From the NCBI GenBank assembly GCA_043228905.1, contig JBHGNT010000003.1, positions 25,792,001-25,856,000 on the forward strand: DNA of 64,000 nt, in the 5' to 3' direction. Every line of letters begins with the position of its first letter. Position 1 is the first letter of the stretch. The position numbers were made by a program, and so were the translations under genes. Below are positions 10,590-23,279 of this stretch, one piece after another. The notes beneath the pieces are model-generated. The model saw only the letters and a program-made list of their open reading frames with translations. It was not told the DNA's origin and did not search any database. Source of the stretch: Azolla caroliniana (taxonomy: Eukaryota > Plantae > Polypodiophyta).

Positions 10590-11730
10590 CCATCTTGGCA
10601 TGTTGCCAATGTCCACGGAAATCCTGTATTAACATCAAGAAATTAGTCTAAAGATTTCCTCACCTACTCACGATAGTATGCTTCGACCCCCCCACCATCT
10701 TCAGTCATCCTTATAACAGAAAAGTTCTTCATACAGTCCACATCAGCCATCTCAGCGATTAGCATCTTGCAGATTCTTGCCAATGTCCACTAAAATCCTG
10801 CATAATCAACAGAAATTAGTATAAAAGTTTCCTCACCCACTCATGATAGTCGGCTTCGACCCCCCCACCATCTTCACTCATCCGTATCTCATAAAAATTA
10901 TTCCTTCAATCCACATCAGCCATCTCGTCGATTAGCATCTTGCCAATGTCCACGCAAAACCTGTATTAACAACACAAAAACAGTTTACAAGTTTCCTCAC
11001 CCACTCATCATAGTCGGTTTCGACCCCCCCACCATCTTCACTCATCCTTATCATAAAAAAAATGAATTTCTTCATTCAGTCTACACAACCATCTTGCTAC
11101 TAAGCAATTTGCCAATGTGCACTAAAATCCTGTATTAGCAACAGAAATTAGTGTAAATGTTTCCTCACCTACTCATGCTATTCTGCTTCGACCACCCCAC
11201 CATCTTCACTCATCCTTATCACATAAAAAACTGCTTCATTCAGTCCCATCAAACATCTAACCGCTTACCATGAAGGGCCTGTAAGAAAATAACAACAAAA
11301 TTTAGGTGTAAATAATTTCCCCATCTCCACCATGATATACTTCTGTCGTCGCACCATCTTCACTTGTCCTCTCTTCACGAGAAACATGATGCTTCAATTC
11401 TCACTACCATCATGAATCATCATAATGAAAATACAACTTGCCCCCGCATCAAACCTTATTTTAGCCCGCAACACCACCATGATTCTCTCGTCTCTAAAAA
11501 CTAGACAAATTGCTTCAATACCTCATCACCCATCTCGATTTATACCATTTCAAACCTGTAATGACTCCTAATCCCCTTCATTTTCCACATCCACAATGTG
11601 CTTCATTTCTACATCAACCATCTGTTCGTTCACCACCTAAAACCTGTACAAACAACAATAGCGTAAATGTATTGTGTGCATCCCCTCCTAAAAATGTACT
11701 TCAGCCCGCCGTCAACACCATCATTCATCC
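10590..11730 (-). repeat. Degenerate ~165-175 bp tandem array, probably PPR-coding derived
   Basis: Unit cttcgacccccccaccatcttcactcatccttat at ~10681, 10854, 11018, 11186; minus strand gives ...IRMTEDG/RMSEDG... as in the 20599-21814 copy. Confidence 0.7.
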
Positions 11731-12116
11731 TGTAAAGAATCAAGACATAGATTCTTGTGAAGCGGAATAGGTGTGAACTGTGTGTGTGTGTGTCTCTCTC
11801 TATCTCACACACACACACACACACAGAGTATACGCAAGGTTAAAAGTATATTGACAAAGGAGAAAGACTCAACATTATACAAGGTGGGAGGAGGGTGCTT
11901 TATGTAGTCACCCTCTCTCTTCATTAACTACAAGCCTCATGGAGCATGGGGAATGGGAAAGCTCATAAGTTATGTGTCATAGAATATGATTCTATGACTC
12001 ATATTAAATGCTAGAATACAAAGTGGTGACATAATGGTGACTCTTGACTGTTGGAGTGTCTCTTCACTCTCAAGGTGAGTTCACACACTAGACCAAGTTG
12101 AGCTTGATTCTCAACA
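11731..12116 (-). repeat. Copia 3' LTR
   Basis: Direct repeat of 16832-17217 with a few substitutions, small indels and an inverted microsatellite. Confidence 0.95.
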
Positions 12117-15100
12117 CGCCCCCTCAAGCTCAAGTCGGGTCGGTTTCATACGGTATCCGAAATCCGCTTCGACTCGCATCGGCTCGCTTTATGCGGAGTT
12201 GCGGAATCCGTGCTCCAACTTGCGTTGTGCGAAGTTTGTGCTTCGGCTTGCGTGCGTAGTTGCGAAGTCTGTGCTTCGGCTTGCGTCTTTCTTCGCAGCT
12301 TTGCGCGGTAGATCGGCTCTCCGCTACTTCGTTGCGTGGTTGCAGAATCCACGCGTTATTGCATAGTGTCTTTAGTACTCCCCCTCAAGCTTGGCAGGTC
12401 AGGGATCGTCAATCCGAGATCGGTCATGAATTGCCATAGCTTGTCGGCTCCTAAGGCTTCTTTAGTGAAGATGTCGGTCGTTTGAAGATTGGTGCTAATG
12501 TGTTGTAGGGCGACATCGCCAGCCAGAACGCGCTCTCGGATGAAGTGATAGTGCACTTCGATGTGCTTTGTCCGCGCGTGGAACACCGGGTTCCGAGCCA
12601 GATAGATACTGCTCATGTTGTCACAGTAAAGGGAAGTCGGATCCTTGATGGGTACGCCCAGATCCTTCAAAATCCACTTGAGCCATACGGCTTCACACGC
12701 AGCTATGGTTGCGCCCTTGTATTCCGCCTCCGTACTCGAAAGAGCGACGGTAGGCTGCTTCTTACTACTCCAGGATATTGCTCCGTTGCCGAGGGAGAAA
12801 ACAAATCCGGAGGTTGATCTTCTATCGGCTTTGTAGCCGGCCCAATCGGCGTCGGTGTACCCCTCGAGTCGTATTGGCATCGCAGTCTTGTAGAGGATGC
12901 CGCAATCCATTGTGCCACTCACGTATCGTAGAACTCGCTTAGCGCAATCCAAGTGAGTATCACGCGGTGTTTGCATGAATTGGCTTTCTAAGGAGACCGA
13001 CCGGATAACTGAGATCGGCTCAAGTGATCGTGAGGTAGATGAGACTCCCGATGAGTTGTCGATACTGAGTCGGCTCACACGCTTTGGTGCCAAAGTGCGC
13101 ATCTAGTTTGAGATTATGATCGAGTGGGGTTGCCACGGATTTGCACTCAGCCATCCCGAACTTGTATAACAGGTTGAGGATGTAGTGTCGTTGAGAGATC
13201 ATGATTCCGGCCGGAGTCCGAATTACCTCGATGCCGAGGAAGTAGTGGAGCTCCTTCATGTCCGTCATCTCGAACTTGTCGGAAAGGAGGGATTTGACCT
13301 TATTGATTTCGACGAGATGCTCACCTCCAATTACTAGGTCATCCACATATAAGATGATGACGATCGGACTTGCGGAATCGCTTCGTATGTAGAGGGAGTT
13401 GTCCGATTTTGACATACGGAAGCCGATTTGATGAAGATATTGCGTTATCTTCGAATGCCAAGCACGCGGTGCTTGCTTGAGGCCGTAGAGTGGCTTCTTG
13501 AGTCGGCATACAGCTTTTGGATGAGTGCTCGAGTTGAAGCCGGGTGGTTGGATCCTGTACACCTCCTCTTCTAATTCGCCTTGTAGAAAGGCGTTCTTGA
13601 CGTCCATTTAATGGAGGTGCCACCCTTTCGCCGCGGCAATCGCAATTACGGTCCGCACCATCGTCATCTTTGCCATCGGGGCAAAGGTCTCTTCGTAGTC
13701 GACGCCATGTGTCTGAGCGTATCCTTTCGCAACGATTTGAGCTTTGTAGCGGTTTACGGAGCCATCAACGTTATACTTCACCTTGTAGATCCATCTGCAT
13801 CCAATCGCCTTTTTGTGTGGTGAGCTGAGAATGAGATCTCACGTCTCATTCTTCCGTTCTGCCTGCATCTCCTCATTCATTGCTTCGATCCATCGCGGGT
13901 CCTTCGCGGCTTCCTAAAAGGTTTCCGACTCCCATACTATCGTTACCTTCATCATAAAGGCGTAATGGTAATCCATGTAATCGTTGTAGCCGAATCGGCT
14001 TACGGGGTTCTTTTCACGAGTGGATCGGCAGAGTTTTTCATTTGCAGAGATGAGGGCTTTCTTAGCTCCGATTGGTACCTCGAAACCGCCGAACTCACTG
14101 TCGAGTGAGTGAGTCGATTCATTGTCGTCGAAGCGATCGTCTTCATATTCCGCCATTTTCGCCTTGCCTTTGTCCATCTTCGGGTTAGGCCGTGATGTGC
14201 TTTGATCGCTCAAAGGCTTTTGTGGTCCGCTCAGTCGGGTCGTGATCGGACTTTCTTCGAACATGCGCGTAAGATGATCTTCATCCTCTATCTCTTGTTC
14301 GGTGGATTTCGGGTCGAGCGGAGTCGGAGGCGAAGTTGTCTCTGGTGCGTACCAGGATGCGGACTCGTCAAAACGACGTCTCGACTTACCCGAGATTTTC
14401 GAGTTGAGGGGTTGTAGCACTTGTACCCCTTTTGCTCCAGTGAGTATCCTACGAGAATACATTTCTCCGACTTCGGGTTGAGCTTTTGACGCTTCTCGTC
14501 GGGGATGTGCACGTACGCAATGGAGCCGAATATCCGAACATGTGATAGGTTCGGCTTCTTTCCGAAGAATCTTTCGTGCGGAGTGACCTCGTGCACGCCG
14601 GATGTTGTGCACCGGTTCATTAGGTAGACTACCGTATTTGCCGCTTCGGCCCAATATGACTTGGGCATATGCTTCTTGTTCATCATGGCCCGCGCTACTT
14701 CGAGGATGTGCCGATTTTTGCGCTCGGCTACTCCATTTTGTTGCGGAGTGTGTCGACAAGTGAATTCTCGCCGAATTCCTTCCTTTCGGAGATACGCCGT
14801 GAAATCATCCGAGAAGTACTCCTTGCCGCCATCCGATCGAAGGCATCGTACATGTCGGCCCCTGGCTTTCTCGACTTCATTCTTGAACTTTTGGAAGTGT
14901 CCGAACACTTCGCTCTTTTGCCGCATCGGATAGATCCAAATGTGCCTAGAAAAGTCGTCGATGAAGAGCACGTAATATCGGCATCCGCCGAATGTCGTCG
15001 TTTGGGCCGGACCCCATACATCGGAATGAATTACGTTGAGTACGCCTTTGCTCATGTTCCGCTCCTTCAGAAATGGGTGTCGGTGTTGCTTGCCGAATTG

Positions 15101-16831
15101 GCACGCTTCACATACACCTTCAATCTCCTTCTCTTTGAATGTCAAGAGTCCAATGACGACTCCTTTCGATTTCATTGCTTTGAGTTTGTTTAGATTGATG
15201 TGGCCGATTCGCTTATGCCATAGCTCTATGTCGGAGTCAGCTTTCGAGCTTTTCGCGAACATGGCGGATTTCATCTCGTGCGAATCGAGAATGAACATTC
15301 GGCCCTCTCTTCTTCCGTGTGCGATGATTCGGCCTTCTTTTTCGATGAAGCACCCTTCTTGATCGAATCGTACTTGCATCCCTTGCTCAACCATTTGGAC
15401 GACCGAGACCAAATTCTTCGTGATGGTGGGAACATGCAAGACATTTTTAATGTATGTTTGCTTACCTCTTTCGCCGAACGGGACATTGTCGATGTGCCGA
15501 ATCGGGTGCGTAGTGTCATCTCTGGTTTCGACATAACCGGGTTGCTCCGGCTCTCGAAGTTCGAGAAACCATTCTTTATGGGATGTCATATGGTTTGAGG
15601 CTCCGGAGTCTACAAACCATACGTCCTCCGGATTGAGGACACTAGTTGAGGTAGAGGCTGACATAGAGTTTGCTCTATGTTTCATCATGAACATTCCGCA
15701 ACGGTCGGAGTTGCGTGCATACATTCCGCCACAATCTTCGTAGTCGGAGTTGTTCCCGTACATTCCGCTATACTCTTCGTAGTCGGAATTGTGTGCGTAA
15801 TTCGTGAGTTGTCAGCTTGTGGAAGCCGAGTCACGCATCTTATTTCGACACTCTTCTTCGTGGTGGCCGAGCTTTCCGCAATATCCACATTCGGTTGCGT
15901 TTTGACGGCTCGGGCCGGAGTGGAAGCTCCCCCTTCTTGCGAAGGTTCCTCATTGGCCTCCGTTTTGCGGCCGAAATTGGGAGTTGTTGTCATAGGTCGA
16001 ACCTCGTCCGTCGTGTCCTTGGCCGAAATGGCCTCTCGCTCGTCCGCATCCTCTTCCTCCATTAGAGTGCGTGTAGAGCATGTGGCCTTCCGACTCATTG
16101 CTCCTCGTACGCTCGTGGTTTTCTTCGACCAATAGCATTGATTGGAGCTCGAAGAAGGAGGGAGATTTCTCCCGTGCTAGAACGGCGGTTCACATCGCGC
16201 CGAACCGTGGTGCGAGGCCGCCGAGGCATATTTGAACCATCTCATCATCATCTATACTTACGTTTATTGAGCCGAGCGAGTCGCAAAGCTCCTTGATCTT
16301 CAAGGTGTATGTCGTGATGGACATGTCCCTTTGTTGAATGTTGTTCAACTCTTGGCGGAGTTGAAGCTTCCTCGCGGTCGTGTTGGCGCCGAAAATCTTT
16401 CGTAGATTTTTCCACGCTTCCTTCGGCGTCTTGGCTTCTCGAATGTAACCGAGCATGTGGTCGTGAACACATGTCACCAAACAATACATCACGCGGTTTG
16501 CGGCTTGCTCCCATGTCGCGTACCCGGGAGCCGCTTCGGCGGGTCGGTCTTCATGCACTCCTTTGATGTAGCTCCAATAGCCTTGTCCGACAAGGTATTG
16601 GTGCATCTTGTATTCCCAAGATGCGAAGTTGTTTCGAACCAACTTCTCGGTAGGGAGAGCGCTCCTCATTTGAGTATTCATTATGTTGATTCTTCTTCTC
16701 TCTTCGAATGCGAGCTATGTAGCGACGCTACGATAGCTATGAGCCAGTTCTTGGTCGTCGGCGTAGAGCACAACACACGATCACGATGAGGCGAATGGGC
16801 TAGATCGAGCTACCAAATCGCTCTGATACCA

Positions 16832-17217
16832 TGTAAAGAATCAAGAGATTGATTCTTGTGAAGCGGAATAGGTGTGAACTGTGTGTGTGTGTGAGATAGA
16901 GAGAGAAAGAGAGAGAGACACAAAGTATACACAAGGTTAAAAGTATATTGGCAAAGGAGAAAGACTCTACATTATACAAGGTGGGAGGAGGGTGCTTTAT
17001 GTAGTCACCCTCTCTCTTCATTAACTACAAGCCTCATGGAGCATGGGGAATGTGAAAGCTCATAAGTTATGTGTCATAGAATATGATTCTATGACTCATA
17101 CTAAATGCTAGAATACAAAGACTGTGGTGACATAATGGTGACTCTTGACTGTTGGAGTGTCTCTTCACTCTCAAGGTGAGTTCACACACTAGACCAAGTT
17201 GAGCTTGATTCTCAACA
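16832..17217 (-). repeat. Copia 5' LTR
   Basis: Abuts iMet PBS; TG...CA termini. Confidence 0.95.
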
Positions 17218-17308
17218 CATCCTTACCAACTATAAATACTTCCATGACTACAAACAAACTTAATGCACTACTGACCTAATGACAAATTAATGTGGACTTC
17301 CTATTTAA

Positions 17309-20018
17309 TCATGTTGTATTCAATATAAATGGCATTGGTGGCGAAAATAACCACCGAGGTGGAACATAATTCCACTTTACATCTTCACCTGCTACATCCA
17401 AGAAAATAGGAATAGTTGACCAGACTCTTCTAATTCTCTTTCTTTTCCGGTTAGACACATTTCCAAAACCCTTATAGCTATCATATTCACCTTTAACCGT
17501 ATTTACCAATAATTCCCAGAAAGATTTAACTTGATCCACAACATTAGTTTGTTCATCATTATATGTTTTAGAACACCTTGCTTTCCAAATAATCCATAAG
17601 GCCAAAAAGGAAATAATGTTCCAAACATAACACCTAGAAAAGAACTTGACTCCCTGCAAGGAGCTATTTGTAATGTACACCTGAAAACTTTTCACAGGTA
17701 AAGTCAACGATGAATTATGATGATGATAAAAAATAGTTTCTTGAGCCAACGTACCCCAAAACATTGTACCCCACGTGAATTTAGTAGCCTTGTACTTACG
17801 ACGTAAAAGCCTAAGAATACGAGACCAAAAATATTTGGCCGTAACACATTCCCAAAAAGTATGATGCAATGTCTCAGATGCAAAACCACACCTACCACAT
17901 GATCGATCAAGTATTGTTCCCCTCAATAAAGCTCCTACTAGCAATGCATAATGAATCATTAACCATCGAAAGTGCAATACCTTGTTCATACATTTAAGTG
18001 ACCAAAACTGTTTCCAGAACTTCAACATATATGAAGATGACACATTACCTTCCTCCTAATATTTTTTCCCCACAAGAATTGAGTCTATCTCATTTAACAA
18101 AACCTTTCTACCCAATGACACAGAATATGCGAAAAATGGAAGAACTTTCGCTTGCGTATTGTCAGACATGGGTAACTTCCAACCATAATCTAATGGATCC
18201 CACTGCAGATCAGCAATTGGTCTAGAGTGTAAAACCCACATATGAGATGAATACTTAGCAATTAATGGATTAGGATCTATAAATATCTTTTTATCTAACC
18301 TAGCAATTACTCTCACTGGCAGCTGCTTGGCAGAAGACATAATTGAAGACTCACCCTCCACTAACAACAACCTACCATTATCCAAAACTTCATAAAAGTA
18401 GAGGTTGCCATTTTGAGTATAAAAAAGAGCTCCTATAAGTATATTCAGTCTCGAAAACATATCATACCAATTCAGAAAATGACCAAAACGCAAAGTTGGT
18501 AGTGTTACCTGGTACACCGTTGACACTTGAGAGAGCATAATGTTTGCCCCTCTGAAATTAGACACCCTAGTCTTTTGGTCTTGCACTGAAGTCTGCAGGA
18601 AATTAATCCAATCCGCAACCGTACGAGTTGGTCTGTTATCCATTGCAGCCCAAGATAACCTAGGTCGTAAACCCAAAACACATGCCGCTTCATCAATAAA
18701 CAAAGGATGCCATAACAACAGTTGACGCATTAATTGATGATATGTTTTTGGTGGCAAGAAAACAAGTGCTCGACGAATACTTTCCCATGCCCTTAGAATT
18801 CCATTAAAAAAACGTAAAGACCCAACTGTCAATTTAGACAACGGAAAATCTTAGTTAAAGAACCATCTAAGACTATCATGCCATTGACCACCAACCGATG
18901 GTTTAAATTTATATAAATGACACATCCAAAACTTTTTCCATAAGTCCTGTCCTAGCAATAAACACCTAACAACATGTTTAACAAGTAATGCTTTACTTTG
19001 CATAAAAGGATCAATCAAACCTAAACCTCCTTTTTGTTTGGGTTGTATAAGAACCGACCAAGCTACCTTTGCTATAGTATTGTGTACCGTATCATTTTCC
19101 CAAATAAAATTTCACACTAGTCGTTGAACTTTAAGCATTGTTGATCTAGAAAACAACCATGTAGACGTTATATATCAAATGGAGGACAAAAGCACAGAAT
19201 TAGCAACAACTACACGTCCTGCTAAGGATAACTTTTCCTTATTCCAATATATTAGATTATTTCTTAATGTTAAGAATAAGGGCGCAATCATATCATCTAC
19301 CTTTAATCCTAACCCTACTCTACATCTTAAATACCTAATGGAGTGCCCTTTAGGAATCCACGTGAAACCTGCGCTAGGAGCATTAAATGGAGGATTTCCC
19401 GAAGCCACCCAAAAACCTGATGATTTATCCCAATTGATCAACGCACCCGATGCATCTGCGAAGTCATCCACAGCTTTTTGAACCTGCAACAAGTTAAATT
19501 GTGAGGCGTGAATATAAAGAGTTGTATCATCAGCAAACTCATTAACAAGACCAACATCTGCAAATGGAAATGTTAGACCTTTGATATTAACATGTTGAGA
19601 ATTTAAGTGTACAAAAAACGCTTCAGATACTAATAAAAACAGAAAAGGAGCAAGTGGACATCCTTGTCTTACTGATCTTGAAATAGAGAAACGCCTACCA
19701 ATATCCCCTGCAAATAAAACCGAACTATGTGCATTACGATATAATGTTGAAACTCCTCGTATCCATTTGTTTGGAAAACCCATCTTAAGCAAAGTACCCT
19801 CCATGAAATTCCAATCCACTCTGTCATAAGCTTTTTCGAAACCCAGAAATAGCATTGCCAACTCTTGATTCTGCCCTTCAGCAAAAGCTACCATTTCCCA
19901 AAAATGAATAATATTATCAAAAATACTTTGCTCTTGTATAAAACCTATCTGAGAATCATGAATCAATTCAGAAAGATAAGGTTGTAACCGTCTAGCTAAC
20001 GTTGTCGTGAAGATTTTC
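17309..20018 (-). mobile_element. L1-clade LINE ORF2 (RT plus zf-RVT), 5'-truncated, disrupted
   Basis: FEKAYDRVDW, VRQGCPLAPFLF, EFADDTTLY, LSLAGRVVVANSVL, LQWDP, CGRCGFASETLHHTFWEC, C-terminal WNYVPPRWLFSPP. Confidence 0.95.
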
Positions 20019-20289
20019 GGCAATGGTGTGAAAATCACATAAAACGTTCAAAATCAAGTGTCAATCATTTAAACAATAATAGTGAATATACTAATTCTAA
20101 GTAAGTTTAATATCTTAGTATAAAAGACGAAGATCTTGAAGAGGTGCACTTTACTACATAAGAAACGGACATCTAAGTGTCAACTTATGTGGGTAAGAAG
20201 TTGCGAAAGAAAAAGAGAAAATTATGAGATATCCCACATAGACAGGACGAATAAGGCTCTCACCATATATAAGGCTCAAGTAACCACGT

Positions 20290-20520
20290 GTTGGAAGGGT
20301 TTACAGACGGTCGGCTTATGTTGATACCAGCCAGTCCACGTCTGGATACGTGATGACATATGCAAGGGGGGCGGTCTCTTGGCAGTCGAGGTTGCAGAAG
20401 GTTGTGGCTCTATCGACCACAAAAGTGGAGTATATGGTTGTTGTCGAAGCCACAAAAGAACTATCAGACTGCATTGTGACAATCGAAGTGTCATCCACCT
20501 TACAAAGAATGCCTCCTACC
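20290..20520 (+). mobile_element. Copia RNase H remnant (continues at ~21815-21890 after an insertion)
   Basis: STSGYVMTYARGAVSWQSRLQKVVALSTTKVEYM...LHCDN; downstream WLRERIEEREFTLVKIHKDDNGS. Confidence 0.8.
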
Positions 20521-20598
20521 TCTTATTTCAAAGATAATTGTGAGGTATATAGTAACTTCTTCTTTCCTTTTTAACTTACAGGTTGACAGGAAGGACAT

Positions 20599-21814
20599 AA
20601 AAGAGGCAAATGTGATAGGGGTAGTCTTGTGAGGTGATAGGGGTGAGATGGTGGATGGGGAAAATGAAGCATCTTCTGATTTTGGATAAGGATGTGTGAT
20701 GATGGTGTTGAGGGCTATAACATAATTTAATGAGGAGAAGAGTAGAGTAGTGTCATTTTGTTTATGTAGGTAAACGATATTGGTGGTAAATCAGCGAGGG
20801 TGAGATGGTTTATGTGGATTAATGAAGCACAATTCATGTTTTTGATAAGGATGAGTGATGGTGGTGTGGGGTTGAAGCATAGTCTCTTGAGAAGACTAGA
20901 CTCATATAGTTGTTCGTATGTACAAGATTTTGGCGGTATGAAGCAGCATGTATGTTTTTTGGATAAGGATGAGTGATGAGGGTGTAGGGGGCGAAGCATA
21001 TTCTCACCAGGAGATGAGGAAACAAGACTCGTTGTATTGTTGTATGTGCAAGATTTTGGTGGTATTCAGCGAGATGGTTGATGTGGACTTAATGAAGTAG
21101 AATTTATGTTTTGGATAAGGATGAGTGATGTTGGTGTGGAGGCCGAAGCCTATTCTCATGAGAAGATGAGGAATCTAGACTCATTTTATTGTTTATGTGC
21201 AGGAATTTGGTGGTAATCGACGAGATGGTTGATGAATATTTAACGAAGCAATTTATATATTTTTTATAAGGATGAGTGATGATGGTGTGGCGGCCGAAGC
21301 ATAAACTCATGAGGAGAGGAGGACACTTGACTTAATTTGTTGGTGGTAATCCGATAAGATGGTTGATGTAGAAAGAGAAAGCATACTTGTTGCGTTTACA
21401 TTCACGAATGTGAAATGTGGTTTTCTTGAAAAAGCAGATAACGTACTTGATCGCCTTCAAATCCAAGATGTACATGCATGGAATACACTATTATCTACCT
21501 TGAAAGCTTGTGGTAGCATTCGGTTTTTGGGATAAAGATTATGTTGAACAACCGCAGGTTGAAGAAGTATTGAAATGGTTCATAACTATGACCTGCAAGT
21601 GCTTGTTTCCGAATATAGCTACTTTTGTTGTTGTCTATGGATATGGATAGCTTGCAATGTGTCTATGGAATAGCTTCCCATTAGTGGATTGTTTTCTCTA
21701 CTTTGGAGTACGTAGATTTGTTTCCTCAGCCATTGTCTTACACAAGACGGGCTTGGGGAAAAAATACTTTGTATTGTTGTAGCCGTTATGACCTTTTTAT
21801 GTAACTAATGGAAG
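20599..21814 (+). mobile_element. 5'-truncated retroposed copy of PPR-derived array plus LINE tail
   Basis: Flanked by GGAAGGACAT (20589-20598, 21810-21819); ggataaggatgagtgatg units; VKCGFLEKADNVLDRLQIQDVHAWNTLLSTLKACGSI and DYVEQPQVEEVLKWFITMTCKCLFPNIATFV; ends GTAACTAATGGAAG. Confidence 0.8.
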
Positions 21815-23279
21815 GACATCCTTGGCTTAGAGAGAGGATAGAAGAAAGGGAGTTTACCCTGGTGAAGATCCACAAGGATGATAACGGATCTTAAACTCCT
21901 TGGACTATATCTCCATAAAGGCCAACCAGAATTCACATTACATGTATTCTGATTTCTAGTTGAAAAAGTCATTTGGAAATAAGGAGTAAAATGTGTGTGG
22001 AAGATTTCATCGACCATTATGCAACATTTATTTCGCCAATAATATCTACTCTAGCTCGTCTATTGATACGTAGTTACAATAAAAGAAAACTACTTTGGAG
22101 ACTTGTACACTTTGTCAAAGCTTTTGAAACACTTCTTCATCTACTCTAGACTTCTCTTCATATAATCCAACATTTGCCGTATAGCAAGTTACCCAAAGTT
22201 TGACTCGCTTTCCGTCTTCATAAATTCCAAAAGTTTCTTAGCAATTTGGCTCTTTACCATATAACCTAGGGTCCTATTGTATTGGTTCAGAATTTGGTTC
22301 TACAAACACTCTCAATTAATTATATAAGTAAAATATTGAGCCATCAACTTCTGATTCATTTCTTTCATTTTTGTCATGTTTCCCATAACATTTGTGCTCT
22401 ATTATTTTGATGTTTCAAATTCATGTCATAACTATTCTTTGTGAGTTCAAATGCACACATTTTTTACATATGCTATATATGATTTAAAAATCAAACGACA
22501 CCAATTTCTGTGGGGTGTTTAGGGTTTACTGACAAATCAAAACAGCGAATCATTTGTTAATGATATAAATACTAAAGTGAACTCTTTCAGTAATAGCAAT
22601 CATAAATGGTGCTTATTGCCATACATTAACTTTCTTCCATAGAAACCCAGTGTGAAATGGTAACAAACCCTTTTATGTATAGAAATAAGTTTCATATCCA
22701 ATGAGCTTATTCTGTCATATTTGGTTTTTATTGTAGGAATACACATCTTCAGCACAAATCTAGCTCCAGAACGTTCAAAAAATATTCTTTTATTGATATA
22801 AATAACATTCGTTAGTGCAAAATTAGCATCAGAATGCTAACAAATCCTTTGGAGTGGCTTTTACGTAACATGACTGGCTTTGTTATTATAGAAGCACAGC
22901 ATACACTTTACGATTGCTCATTTAAAAATAGAACTTATTTCATGCAAAGACATCGTACGATCTTACAGGTCAGAACTAGAAACACTTATATTCAAACTCT
23001 TGCACCAATTTGGAACACTCATCCACACTTCTGATACAATTTTCCAATAACAAATCTAACATAGAATGATAAGGAATCCATAATTTTGCATGCACACCTT
23101 ATCCCAGCTCATTGAGAACAGACTTATTTAATGCAAATTACATATGCAAAACTCCCTGTTTGAACTTCCAAATGGTGGTTCACATCAATATGGCACCAAC
23201 TATAACACTGCCATCCTAAACATTATAGGAATATTAACAATATATATTTATCCATTCACTAGGCAAAAGTAGATGCCTC

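Larger units (their letters stand above)
9662..11730 (-). mobile_element. Extended 3' region of the LINE at 17309-20018 (continues 17223-17308): PPR-derived repeats, XDH fragment, LINE tail and poly(A)
   Basis: Minus strand ends AACTAATGGAAGTATATTTCTTTTGG(A)10, the motif ending the other LINEs; contiguous with ORF2 stop once the Copia and one CATCC are removed; homologous in inverted orientation to 20599-21814. Confidence 0.72.
11731..17217 (-). mobile_element. Full-length Ty1/Copia LTR retrotransposon (5487 bp), ORFs disrupted
   Basis: LTRs 11731-12116 and 16832-17217 (TGTAAAG...TCAACA); TSD CATCC (11726-11730, 17218-17222); PBS TGGTATCAGAGC (16820-16831, tRNA-iMet); PPT TTGAGGGGGCG; gag (16190-16681), zinc knuckle, PR WFVDSGASNHM, INT, RT LYVDDL, RH ADWAG/CDN. 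Confidence 0.97.

Noticed and set aside
10590-11250. CRISPR-like or satellite array
   Set aside because: Eukaryotic context, whole units are homologous with no unique spacers, and they translate to PPR-like motifs.
14202-16789. Numerous antisense ORFs within the Copia
   Set aside because: Shadow ORFs of GC-rich gag-pol coding sequence with no recognisable domains.
21890-22290. Possible ancient LINE fragment (EPIQ*DP, WPLWRYSPR) on the minus strand
   Set aside because: Similarity too weak to call by eye.
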